From Macrostomum hystrix (Eukaryota; Animalia; Platyhelminthes): 64,000 nt of DNA. Below the pieces are notes generated by a model. It ran no database searches and was not told the origin of the DNA. It saw only the letters and a program-made list of their open reading frames with translations. The stretch lies in contig CATNEN010000024.1 of the NCBI GenBank assembly GCA_950097015.1, positions 2,976,001 to 3,040,000 of the forward strand, given 5' to 3'. This document shows, in pieces, positions 36,793-49,304 of the stretch (positions are counted from its first letter, which is position 1; each line of letters begins with the position of its first letter). The translations under genes were made by a program, and so were the position numbers.

Positions 36793-37631
36793 AACCGAAA
36801 ATAAAACTTTACTGGTTTACTTAAGTTTTTCTATACTGCTACCTGCTCCACTGAATGCGCTGTTTTCTGCGGTGTTGACCCCCGATCCAACACACAATTC
36901 TGCGCTGCTGGTAAAGTCTGGCTTCATGTCTCACCTTTACCTTTATTGATTTATTCTAAATCCTATAAATGTAGTCATTGATTGGTCCGATGGATCAATG
37001 AGAACTAGTCTTGGCCGCACTCTGACTTAAACTGCAGCACTTTAGGAGGACAAATGTGAGTACCAAGACACATTGCGGAGCATGCGGAAAGAAAGGCTTT
37101 AAAGAATGAATCAGAGACTGCCAAATGATCAGATCGATTTTCACTAAATCGTCGATGAGGCTGGTGAAAATCAAGCTAATTTGTTGAACTTGAAGCTGCT
37201 GAAAAGCTGCTGAATGCTTTTTTATTGTAACTGAAAATCTTAGGCCTATTAGCAAACAGAAATAATGCGTCGAGAGCGCAGAGGTGTGGCATTCTTAATG
37301 CATCAGCAAGTAACTCGCACTAAAATTCAAAGTCTGAACGCAAAGCTGTCCTGAAAGCGCTCGTTCATCATAACTAAGAGTGCACCGAAGAGACCAGGTT
37401 TAAGCCGTGCCATTGTGGTTTGGTACGGTCCTGGCATGAACGGATTATTTCAAAATTGTTTCCATAAGTAACTAACTAAACCTTCTCAAAACAGGTTTCT
37501 GCGGCCAAAAATTACAATTGAGCTCTGCTAATTGTGCTTTGCTTGAGAAATTTAACTTGCTGCGCCATTAGGGCTGTTCTATCACAGTGATTTTATACTA
37601 TTCAGCGAGCCTCCACAGTGACAGCTCCTGA

Positions 37632-40600
37632 TCAGTTGTACCTAGGCTGCAGCTCCTCATTCTTGAACATGTGGATGAGCTCGTCCAGCATGGTGGCGAC
37701 CTTCTGCGGATTGCTCTCGGAGATCGGGGTGCCCTTAACTAGCTGGCGCTTGACCTTCGGTTGAACACGACTCTTGGGCTCCGTCACCACAATGTCCTCG
37801 TAGGGATCGAGTTGTGGATTGAAGAAGCCCTTTTCGTTAGTATACCTGAGAATTGTGCGAATGTTAGAGCAAAATAATCATATTCCTCACCGGCTAACTG
37901 ATAGCTCCATCTTAAATTAAGCACACTTGAGATCTAGTTTCATTGAATCTAGACACAAAATACTGTCCCACAATATTTAATGCTAGCTCAACAGTTATAT
38001 AATATTAAACCTAGTACCATAAAGTCTGTCCTCTGAAAAAACTTGCAGCTGTGAGCTGTGGACACAAAATAATCCTTTGACGACACTTGACCTCAACTAA
38101 AAGTGTCGCCACGTAGTTCCAGTTACACCTATTCCTGAGCAGGCGTGCACATCTGCCCTTAATTTTTCATCGTCAGGCAGTGTACACTCTCTCTGTGCCT
38201 TGGTGCCTTCTCTGCGCGGAGTTTCACTGCGTTAACTTCGGATAGATTTCGATCACTCTGCCACTGTAGGGCAGCAGTGTGAAGCAGCAATGCCTTGCTT
38301 TACTCATTTTACATTTTAACTTTTAAAGCACTCGCAATTAGTTTTGACTGTTTACTCAAGGACAAAATTTTGACTCAGACTCGAACTCACGACCTCTCGG
38401 TCAGGATTCGGTATTAGCTCTAATCATGCACTGATCTACAAGTTACCTGTGGATTAGATTGTTGTTTGTTATTTGTCTATAGATTGATCAATAGGGTTAT
38501 TAATGGATTGATTGGTTCTTTGACTAATATACGTTTTTAAGTATTCGTACATATTTATGAATCGGCCCGTTAGTATCTTCATTATTTTATCCATCAATTC
38601 ACAGATTAACCAATTAAGCTAGCAAGCGATGATCAGTAAACAAACTGCCTCGTAGCGATTCACCAGCATCGCCAAAAGTGGAAGGAAACGGGCCTAGATT
38701 TGAAAAAATCTAGTGTGTTGTGTGTTGATAAGGGACAAAAATGTTTCCAGTGGAGTTGGGACCACTAGGCTACAACCACCACTTTTAATAAAAATGTTGT
38801 TAGTAATAAATTCTGGACAAAATGTAAGGCACAAGCTTTGAGCTCACTTGTCCTTCAGCATGCGGTAGACATTCAGACGCGTCTTGACATCTTCGAAGAT
38901 GTTGTCAGTTCGATCGACCAGTCCACGCCAGCCAGGCAGAATCTTGTCGACATTCTTGGCGTTGATTCGGTCTTTTCCCAGCAGATCTTCCGGATGATTG
39001 CCAGCGGCAATGCAGTCCTGCCTCAGCTTCTCCTTGAACGTGTCGAACGACACCACGGGCACGCCTTCCTTATCCAACGTGCCGCCAGACTTGGGCTCGC
39101 CTGATTTCTGCTGCTTGGAGCGCTTTGCAGACCGGGTTCTAGCAGACTTCTCAGTCATCGTCTGGCTGATATTGCCTATATTGCTGCCTGCTTGGCCAAG
39201 CATCTGGAAGCGCTGTTGAAGCTCGTCGTGTCTGTCTCTGACAAAGTCGAACTTGATGGGTCCTGTTACGATCAGGTGGTAGAGCGTTGAGTGTGCCGCT
39301 TTGTACTGCTAGTACTTTGAGATAAATAAACTCCTGAATTTCAATAAATTCTTAATTGAATAATTACATACAAGATTAGTCAGGCTTTTATGTGCCCTGC
39401 AAATTGAGAAATAATTTGTCGAACTCATAAGCATTATTTGTCTATGGCCCGTGCATCAATGCCGTGCAGCAATAGCATTATTGCAAGGAAGTTTTTTTAC
39501 TTTTAAACTTCATGTCAAGGTTCTTTAAGTCACCAAAAAGTGCTTCTCTGTAATGATGTTGAATGCACCTCATTCAACTAAATGCGTGGTTTAGTGCCTC
39601 ATTGCATTTTTATGCGTACTATACTTAACAAATGGCTGTAATTTAGGCTACGCAAGGAATGCTATGTCTGTGGCATTTTTGTGCGCCAGCCAATAGCTAA
39701 TCAGCGTTAGGACTTTGTGGGATGCTTTTTGTACCTTTTGAAATGAAAAAATGTGTTAGTGCTCGGGTGCAGACGAGGGACAAGACATGCCCAGCGGGTC
39801 TCACCAATGAAGATCTTGTTGACGGTGACTCTCTCAGCCAGCTCTAGACCTGGCGCCAGACTGCGCGGATATGGCGATATTGGGTTCCTCTTCAGGCGCT
39901 CTTTCTCTAAGCAGTATTCCATGTAAATATTATCCTCATTGATGAAGCGAATGTTGCGTATCATGACACTTGTGCGAGCCTTCTTTTTCAGCGTTTTGCC
40001 CTTGCCGCCAGCGCCATCGGAGCCTGGTGAAAACAACGCAATGGATTGATAAACTAGCGGCTAGAAAGAGAATGTCTTGCCTCATGTATAATCAAAATGA
40101 CACGTACGGGTCACAGCGCGATTCTCAGTAATGGACGTTGTGGGCAGCAGAACCTGCGGATAAGGCACACCCAACTGCTTGGAACCGAAGATCCACTCGC
40201 GGCGTAGATCCATTATATGTTTCATCTTCTTCAGTTTGAATTTAGCATTCATTTCCTTATCAGCCAGAATAAAGTAGGACGAGTCCATGATCTCATCTTC
40301 AGGCGAGCCCTCCTGTTAAAAACGCATAAAATTAATTTTTCATGATTTGATAATCGACTGAGGGAAACTATGCTTCATGTTGAAGCTAAGCGCCAGGAAA
40401 TTAGCAATGCAAACCCCATGGGTTATTTCTAATACCCACATTTTTTCTGTCTATACCTCCTAAAATATTCAAGCAATCGCCATGAAAATCCTGAACTCGA
40501 GCTAATTCCGCTCTATCCGATTAATCTGCTTCCGGAATTCCAAAACATCGGCATCGTCGGGATATTCAACGATTCTTGTCGGGTCGTCTGGCAGCAAAAA

Positions 40601-43600
40601 CCACCAATATAGGCATCATTTTTCTGCTCAGAAACTTTCATCATGTAATCATGTCGGCTATCATTGTTAACAATTTTGGATTGATTAAGTTGTTGATTTT
40701 TTTCATTTTTGAATTAATATGGATTAGCCCCAAACCAGTTTATTCAGAGCTACTCGCATGTTACTTGTCTTTTAGTTGTCAATTTTCGTAAAGGGCGAAC
40801 AATTTTGGTCCGTATGATGGAATTTCACGAAAATCGGTCATTCGGGTTGGAAGCTATTGTGAAGTAGGCAGCGTCTTTACCCAGTGGGAAAAACAGCGTG
40901 GTCTGTTAAGTGTCTTGCTCAAGGACGCAAATAGTTTCCGTTGGGCTCAGATTTGAGCTCCCGACCTCTCAGTCAGAAAACCGTAGCTTCAACCATTGGG
41001 TTACAAACTCCCTTTGTAAAGTACAAAATCAACAGGAGCAATTGGAAAATCTTCACTCGCCTCAGACGGCTCATCTTCGTTACCGTTGCCTTCAGAAGAA
41101 TCCGCATCCTTTTTGTAATACATGGGATGATTGGGGAAGTCTGGGCCGCACACGTTGGCTGGCTGATAGCCCATATTGCTCCTCATCTTGAAGGTCATTG
41201 GTGGCTCTCGCAAGCCGAATTGGCGTCTGAACTCGAACCGGTCACGCGTGCCAAGCGGGTGATATGGGTACACATAGCTCTGCGCGTTCTTGGCTGGCCC
41301 ATTGTTAGGCAGCAGGTTTCCAGCAGCGAGTATCTTATTGTTGGCCTTCCAGGCTGCTGACAAGATGTTGCGCGAATCTGTCGAAACGTAGGGCGTCTCG
41401 CAGGGCAGGTCGCCGAAGCTGGTGGCGCACTTACCAGTGCGCTGGTAGGGGAAGTACAAATCCACATTGTCCACAACGGACTCGTTGGTGTAGATTCCGA
41501 ACTTGTAACTGACCAGTTTATTGCGGATGCAAATATGACGAGTGTACAGTTAATTTGAGAATTTCGAGTTACTTTGAAACACTCTGGCTTCGAACGTTCG
41601 AATGATCTCAAAAATTCAAGTCCGAGCGACGGAGCGGTCACGCCTAGGACACAAAAATGTCCCTGAGCTCGAATCCACGGCGAGGCCACATTCATTTGAG
41701 ACAAAATAGTGAAGGCTTGTGACACATAGGAGATGAGACATGGAGATATGAGACAGTGGAGAGTTGAGACAAGGGAGAGATAAGACAGGGGAGAGATAAG
41801 ACAGGGGAGGGATGAGAAATAGGAGAGATAAGACACGGGAGAGATGAGACACGGGAGATATGAGACAGTGGAGAGATGAGACAAGGGAGAGATAAGACAG
41901 GGGAGAGATAAGACAGGGGAGGGATGAAAAATAGGAGAGATGAGACACGGGAGAGATGAGACGCGGGAGATATGAGACACGGGAGATATAAGACAGTGGA
42001 GAGTTGAGACAAGGGAGAGATAAGACAGGGGAGAGATAAGACAGGGGAGAGATAAGACAGGGGAGGGATGAGAAATAGGAGAGATAAGACACGGGGGAGA
42101 TGAGACACGGGAGAGATAAAACACGGGAGAGATGAGACAATAGAGAGATGAGACACGAGAGAGTTGACACAAGGGTAAGATGAGACACGGGAGAGATAAG
42201 ACACGGGAGAGATGAGACACGGGAGAGATAAGACACGGGAGAGATGAGACACGGGAGATATAAGACACGGGAGAGATGAGACACGGGAGAGATAAAACAC
42301 GGGAGAGATGAGACAATAGAGAGATGGCACACGGGAGAGATAAGACAATAGAGAGATGAGACACGAGAGAGTTGACACAAGGGTAAGATGAGACAAGGGA
42401 GAGATAAGATACGGGAGAGATGACACAAGAGATAAGCCAAGAGATGAGACACTCAAGAAATGAGACACGGGAGAGATGACACAAGGGTGAGATGAGACGC
42501 GTGTGTTTCGCTTGTGGTAAACTGTATTATTTAGGCGTGCGTAAAGTAAAGAATTATCAAATTATATGATAGCCCGACTGCCTCTCACCGGTGCTTGTTG
42601 TAGACAACCCGGCTTTTGTACTCCGGGAACCAACGCTCCAGCATTGTGTTGCACATTTTCACCATGGTATAGTCTGGCCCCTGAATCTGCACAATCAGAT
42701 ACTTTATCCATTTGAATTTACCTATTTGCCTATTTAGAATCCGATTCGTGATTAGAATGAAGCACTTGGTACGACGGGAGCACTTCTTTATCATGGCGGA
42801 GAATTGAGGCTTAAGCATGTTTAAACACTCGTCTGTGGGTTGATTGATCGATTGATTAACAGATCATTTTGTTTGCTGATTGTCTGATCGATTGCTTGGT
42901 TGATAATTTTTTTTAATTGGTTACTAGGCTGCCTGATAGGTCGTTTGTTTGTTTGTTTGATAGGTTGAATTATCGATTGATTGATTGTTTGATTAATTAA
43001 CAGATTTTTTAATACTCAAGTAATCTCATGTTTGATTGCTTGATGTGCTTACATGGTTGATCAGTTATTAGTTTGCTGGTTAATTTTTGTTATATTGGTT
43101 TGCTCATTAGTTTAATCACCGGGTTTGCTACTTAACTTAACTGACTGCTACTTAATTGACGAATAGCTTAATTTATTAATTGAGAATTTGGTGATTGGTC
43201 CAGCTAATTTTTATGAACGATCAATAGCGTACCCTTCATAAACAGCAGGTACTCGCAGACTACGCCTTTGTTTTCGTGGTGCCAATCGGCTATGTTGCTT
43301 CCCAACTTGACGGCCGCATTAAATTGACGTCTCTGCTCCATCGACAAGCCAGGCGGCTCCTCCCTAGGCTGGACAGTTCGGACCGGATGGTCCAGTAGGA
43401 CATTGTCCGAGTTGGGCTTTTCGGCTTCGGATTTGTGAAGTTAAGACGCGCGATATTTTCGTTTCTATGCGAAATTGTATCAACATTTCTTATCTCTTGT
43501 GGTAATGAATGAGTGGGGTATCAAAGGCCAAAGAGTGAGTGCAGTAGGTGCTATGGGCATATGAGTGAGTAGGGTAGGTGTGAAAGGCCGAATAGTGAGT

Positions 43601-44411
43601 GGGGTGGGTGTGAAAGGCCAAAAAGAGAGTGGGTGGGTGTGAAAGGCCAAATAGTTAGTACGGTGGGTGTGAAAGGCCAAATAGTGTATAGGGTGGGTGT
43701 GAAAGGCCAGATAGTGTATAGGGTAGGTGTGAAAGGCCAAATAGTTAGTACGGTGGGTGTGAAAGGCCAAATAGTTAGTACGGTGGGTGTGAAAGGCCAA
43801 AGAAAGAGTGGGGTTGGTGTGAAAGGCCAAATAGTGTATAGGGTGGGTGTGAAAGGCTAAATAGTGAGTGTGGTGAGTGTCGAAAACTGATGACTGAGTG
43901 GTTTAAGTTCGCATTTAGCATGTGATTATCTTCAATATGATTTATCATCAATAAATTAGCATGACACAATCGAAGACTAAGCATATTTATGTTAAATGTA
44001 ACCTCTCCCAGAACCCTCAGGTCCCTCAGGTCCTATTTTGTGTTGACATTCTGTCAGAGGGTAGTGGCGTTCATAGGAAGTATGTACAAACACGAGTCCA
44101 TGAAAAATGGTTCCATTCTTAAACGCAGAAATAAGGAATATTTAAACTCTAGCTTATCAATGAAAGTTGAAGAATTACGCCAGCTGCAAGTATTGAAGTG
44201 AAAGCTTACTTGCAGTAAAAATGCGCACATTTCTCGGCTCCTGCAGCTTCATAGTAAGGAAGGCAAGCCGTTTGGCAGCTCTGGCCCCCATGTCCTTTTC
44301 CTTTTTAGTCACGGTTCCCTGAGCACTATTGTTGCCCTGCGAAGTTAGCTGCGTGATTGGGTCAAAGACTTCGGCTCCAGTGGCGGCTGTTTCCTTCTCT
44401 GCGATTTCCAT
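37632..44411 (-). CDS. Uncharacterised multi-exon protein (about 690 aa), no family recognised
   Basis: GC-rich open exons: 44411-44210, 43424-43233, about 42686-42599, 41508-41061, 40312-40108, 40023-about 39805, 39305-38848 and 37845-37632. Most junctions are phase-compatible. Junctions around 42700-42820 and 39330-39800 are unresolved, and a further exon at 37160-36995 is possible. Confidence 0.7.
38280..38712. repeat. Inverted copy of 28435-28880
   Basis: Colinear reverse-complement similarity. Confidence 0.85.
40420..40909. mobile_element. MITE family 1 copy ending at a TTAA inside a SINE B CORE
   Basis: Internal blocks match 36243-36792; ends ggtctgTTAA. Confidence 0.65.
40906..41003 (-). 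mobile_element. SINE B head and start of CORE
   Basis: Reverse complement: gaggtcgggagctcaaatc..ccttgagcaagacacTTAA. Confidence 0.65.
41630..41700 (+). mobile_element. SINE A head fragment
   Basis: ggagcggtc..cctgagctcgaatccacggcgaggccacattcatttg. Confidence 0.7.
41720..42500. repeat. 16-bp GA-rich minisatellite gagatgagacacggga
   Basis: About 48 degenerate units; source of spurious LISP ORFs. Confidence 0.95.
43005..43335. repeat. Segment (exon 3' half plus intron start of the orphan gene) duplicated in the same orientation at 46240-46565
   Basis: Near-identical cttcataaacagcaggtactcgcagac..ccaacttgacggccgcattaaattg and flanking intron. Confidence 0.92.
43500..43880. repeat. 30-bp G-rich minisatellite gggtgggtgtgaaaggccaaatagtgtata
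   Basis: About 11 units. Confidence 0.93.
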
Positions 44412-44667
44412 TTTGTAGCTGGTGTGGCCTCAGCAAGAGCAGATTGACCAAGTTTTCAAGTCCCAAGGAGCTGCCACCACCGGTCAGAGAGGAAAAATGA
44501 CAGGCAATGACTCGAACCGATTAAGGACAAGCTCAACAGGGGCTGAGTGTCAGCTGCGTCTACTTTGCCACTCTTGGCCATAGACAAATGCGCAGAGTAC
44601 GCCCCATAGCTTACATGATGTTGTTAAAATTGATTAGCAATTTAGTTATTCTATTTAAAAAACTTGG

Positions 44668-45082
44668 CCTAGGACCACTAGAAGAAGGACGGGGCACTTT
44701 GTTTCTTGGAAAAGTTTTTTAATGCCGATTTTCTTCTCCAAACTTTCAATCTATTTCACACGAAAGCGTTGATAACTTTTAATTGGAAGCAGATCCAATG
44801 CTGTTCTTTTAATATTTCTTGCAAAACATGCTTCTTTAACAAATTTTAGAAAGCTTCTTTCATGAAAAGTTGATCTTCGTTTTATTCTCGTTTATTTATC
44901 AGGAAGCACAGTAGCTTACCAAAAGCTAACTCAAGTGGCTAACTCAATTTTACTGTCTTTTTCTAGCAAGTATTGTGCATTAAGAGAATTGCGGGAAATA
45001 TATTGAAAGAAACAGTAGTCCAAGCTATAGGCTAATTTTATGTCTGATTGGTTGCTATCTACATTCTTCTAGTGGTCCTAGG
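44668..45082. mobile_element. MITE family 2 with perfect 19-bp terminal inverted repeats
   Basis: cctaggaccactagaagaa (44668-44686) and its exact reverse complement (45064-45082), AT-rich interior. Confidence 0.75.
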
Positions 45083-45194
45083 TCTTGGCTCGGCTTGGAC
45101 CAAAGTCGAAGTCGGGCCAAGGTTCTGGATAAAAATAGTGTACTAAAATCAAAGTTTTGACCAACACGTGGGACGGATGTTGGGGAAATGTGGA

Positions 45195-45735
45195 GTTTCA
45201 AGGAGTGGGGTGGTTGTGTTGTGTTGAGAGACAAGGAGTGGGGTGGGTGTGTTAATTGTCAAGGAGTGGGGTAGTTGAGAGTCAAAGAGTGGGGTGGGGT
45301 GTGTTAATTGTCAAGGAGTGGGGTGGGTGTGTTAATTGTCAAGGAGTGGGGTGGTTGTGTTGTGTTGAGAGACAAGGAGTGGGGTGGGTGTGTTAATTGT
45401 CAAGGAGTGGGGTGGTTGAGAGTCAAAGAGTGGGTGGGGTGTGTTGATTGTCAAGGAGTGGGGTGGTTGAGAGTCAAAGAGTGGGTGGGGTGTGTTGATT
45501 GTCAAGGAGTGGGGTGGTTGAGAGTCAAAGAGTGGGTGGGGTGTGTTGATTGTCAAGGAGTGGGGTGGTTGTGTTGTGTTGAGAGACAAGGAGTGGGGTG
45601 GGGTGTGTTAATTGTCAAGGAGTGGGTGGTTGAGAGTCGAAGAGTGGGGTGGTTGTGTTGTGTTGAGAGACAAGGAGTGGGGTGGGGTGTGTTAATTTTT
45701 AAGGAGTGGGTGGGTGTGTTAATGGTCAAGGAGTG
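45195..45735. repeat. G-rich array (gtcaaggagtggggtgggtgtgtt..)
   Basis: Tandem degenerate units. Confidence 0.92.
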
Positions 45736-45739
45736 GGGT

Positions 45740-46565
45740 TTAACAGCTGGCGTGCACCTCAGCTGCGGTGGTGGAGGCTGCGACGATGACAAGTTGGGCT
45801 GGGGTATCAGCGGGGGCGGCAGAAGGGACGATATTAGTCACGATAGTGCAGATCCCTCGAATTGTCTGGCTGAGCGTGCTCACTGGCGGGCGTATTTGCT
45901 CAAACTCTTTGCGAGATTCGCCGTGCTGAGCAGCTTCGAGGACGGCAGATCTAGTCGCATCCATGTCGCCTGGGGCGCCCGAGTTAATCACCAAATGGTT
46001 TCTGTGGGTTTTAATTTGTGCACGAGCGTTGAAAACTTCGACTGATTGGCACTGCGAGCAGCAAGCCAACGACTGACTCGGCATGAATTGTACCATTTCA
46101 GTCCGCCCTGCTCACACAGGCCGCAGTCGATGCACACGTAGGACGGGCAGCGCGATTTGTTTCTTGCAGACATGGCGGCTCCAGCAGAGAATTTAAATCT
46201 TTCGCAACGCATCCGATTGATTCCTTGCATGATTGACCGATTTTTTATACTAAAGTAATCTCATGTTTGATTACTGACATGGTCGATCAGTTATTAGTTT
46301 ACTGGTTAATTTTTGTTATATTGGTTTACTTATAATTAATCACCGGGTTTGCTACTTAACTTAACTGACTGCTACTTAATTGACGAATAGCTTAATTTAT
46401 TAATTGAGAATTTGGTGATTGGTCTAGTTAATTTTGATGAAAGATCAATAGCGTACCCTTCATAAACAGCAGGTACTCGCAGACAACGCCTTTGTTTTCG
46501 TGGTGCCAATCGGCTATGCTGCTTCCCAACTTGACGGCCGCATTAAATTGGCGTCCCTGCGCCAT
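45740..46565 (-). other. Candidate chimeric two-exon ORF (158 aa) or pseudogene fragment
   Basis: Duplicated exon 46565-46457 (MAQGRQFNAAVKLG..LFMK) could splice in phase to 46107-45740 (Cys/His-rich CCSQC..HRNH); the acceptor is weak. Confidence 0.3.
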
Positions 46566-46611
46566 CAGTCACGTGGAGTGACGATTCGAGCCAAAATCGC
46601 TGCCGTGTTAG

Positions 46612-46686
46612 GTGCAAACAGATTGTGGCTTCCCTGTTTTCCCCAGGCCAGCAGTTGTTTTGTTGTTGTCTTCATATGACAGAATA
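46612..46686. repeat. About 75-bp direct duplication of 47405-47480
   Basis: gtgcaaacagat..ccccaggccagcagttgttttgttgttgtcttcatatgacagaat occurs twice. Confidence 0.9.
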
Positions 46687-49304
46687 TACGCTCGTATATA
46701 TCCAGGTCGATATTCATCAGAAGAACATTCAGCATCAAAGTAAAGCCGCCACAGCGTGCTGTAGGTTACTGAAAAATGTCTACGCATTTATGGGTTAAAA
46801 TACGGCGCATGCACCGCATCTCACATTATTCCTTAAATAAACAAGGCACGAAAGGATTTCGACTGCTCAATGCAGTTTTGTGGCTGCGCGGTGAAGAGAA
46901 TTGTGCTCCCTCTAAATATACCTAGCAGCCGATATTTAAAGCACTCTCTGAAACAAAAGTGATTCGCAAGGGTCAATTCAATTCAACGCCGAAAAGTAAA
47001 AATGCAGACCCCTTCACAAGACCGAAACTTCATAAGACCGAAACTTCACAACGCCTTATGAAGTTTCGGTCTTACGAAGGACAGTGCATGAATTTTTGGC
47101 GTTGTGAATTTTCTGTCTTGTGAAAGCCACCCTTCAAAACAATTATATCATTGCAACACAATGGCAGCACGGCAGAGTTTTTGGAGCCAATTACTGAACG
47201 CTCTAGCCCCCCGACTTCATTTCTATCCCTGCCCCCACAGATTAATTTTCATACCTGTGTCCCTTACCTCCAACCCTCACCTCACCCACCCACCCCAACT
47301 GGAACTGATAGGCCAGTCTTTCTTCCTATCGCTGCAGAGTCAACCGCCCCCATGCAAAGAGATAGGCCGGCCTCTCCTCCTATCGCTGCAGTGTTAGCCG
47401 TACCCAGTGCAAACAGATGGTGGCTTCCCTGTTTTCCCCAGGCCAGCAGTTGTTTTGTTGTTGTCTTCATATGACAGAATAATAGAGAGCAGAGCAAAAG
47501 GGAAATTCCATTGGAGGAGTGGAACTGAATAATCAATCGGTTCATCAGACTGCACTGACTGCCTCTCTTTCTCTCTCTCGATCTCTCAGACAGATTTAAC
47601 CGCGGCCGAGTCCACCATGCAAACACATAGGTGTTTGTTCACACGCTAGGACCCCACGGAATTTCCGAGGACTTCCTTGTGGCAGAACATGAACTTGTAA
47701 ACATGGGCCTATGTACATGCACTGGGCCCCATGGAATTTCTTTGAATTTCCCCGCGGCAGAGTTCTGCTGTGTGAAACATGTTCACAAACTAGGGCCCCA
47801 CGGAATTTCCGCGGATTTCCCTGCGGCACCGAGTAGCATCGACTTGATGACTAGAAGCAGATGACTCTTCCCGATACAACTGAATACCTTGGCCTTTCGC
47901 TAATTACGAAGTGATGTATTCTTTTTTGTCTAGACTGGCTTCGGAATCAAGAAGATCTCAATTTTCTCAAAGCCACAGGGACAGTAAGGGGAAGCGACCG
48001 CTATAATTTTTTTTCATACGACGAAAATATGTTAGTGTTGATAAGCGACCATTAGGTACTGAGGTATTTTATTAAAATATTATATTATGAGCTAGTTTCC
48101 ACTTTAGTAACATTGAACAACGCTGAGCAAGGGTTTTAATGAACATCGTTAAACTATGTCTATGGGGAATTCCCACAGAGAATTCCCTTTGGATTCTTGT
48201 ATTTCAAACGTTAAGTGTGTCTTTTCATTCTTACGAGCTATTTGAGCCAGCGTGCGGGAATGAAATAATCTATGGCCAAATCTCCACTGTTTTACACATG
48301 GACATCGTGCAGGAATGACACTCTCCATTCCTGTACGCAAACAGTTCTTCCCAGTCTAATTTCTTGCGTGCAGGAATGAATTAATGTATCCCCCACTTGC
48401 CCCGGGCAGTTGTCTATGTTTTTAAGCTTTTCATTTATTTGCACTAGTGCAATAAACTATTTATTTTACTTTGCATCGATGCAAATAAATTAACTATAAC
48501 ACAGAACTATAACACAACCATAGACAAACAGAATTAAACGAGCGAACGAATCAATAATCCATAAATTTTCTGACCTCGTCCGTTTGCCCGTTTTAAGTTA
48601 GGGATACATTTCATACTCCCCACTCATTTAGTTGTCTAGACAACAAAATAAATGGGGAATATTATACATTGATACCCTCAATAGCGGGTATTCAGTTTTC
48701 TGGTGTTGTGAATTGATGAAATGAAATGAAATTCAGTTTTCTTACATTAAAAACTGAATTTCATGACAAATATCTGCATCTTTTCCAGGAACTACTTAGT
48801 CAAAAGTCGAATTTGACTAGAAAGCCGTGTATTTTTCCGGGTCTGTTTTTCACAAACGGAATTCTGTAAAACAAGAAAGTTTTTAATCGTGATGCTAGTG
48901 TGCAAAATTTCAAAACATAAAATCATTCTACGATTTTATTTCCAACAGTGTAAACAGTCAAAGCCTGATAGCCGCTTGACACTTAAACAACTTCAATACA
49001 CTATAGAATATAGTTAAATTCGTTCATTCGAGGGTGCTGAATCGACTTTTGAAATCGCAGATTTTGTGAGTCTTTTATTCTGCACTGATCCTGATCAGTA
49101 AATATTAGTTCATTAATATTTTACAATTACCCATCGATTACCCCAGAATTCAGACATTTCTTTTTGTGCATCTTCTAAGCTGGGACCCCATCCCACTTGC
49201 TTGTAAAGGCTCAATAGCTTTATAACTTCACTATAGGTTGTAAAAATTATCCGCCCCTTTGTAAAACATAACAACCAATACTTTGCCAGATCGCATCCGA
49301 GTAA

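Noticed and set aside
41195-42484. 429-aa ORF and overlapping LISP-repeat ORFs; similar ORFs at 9505, 15782, 32974, 45308 and 57367
   Set aside because: Open frames produced by stop-free tandem repeats, except where they overlap real exons
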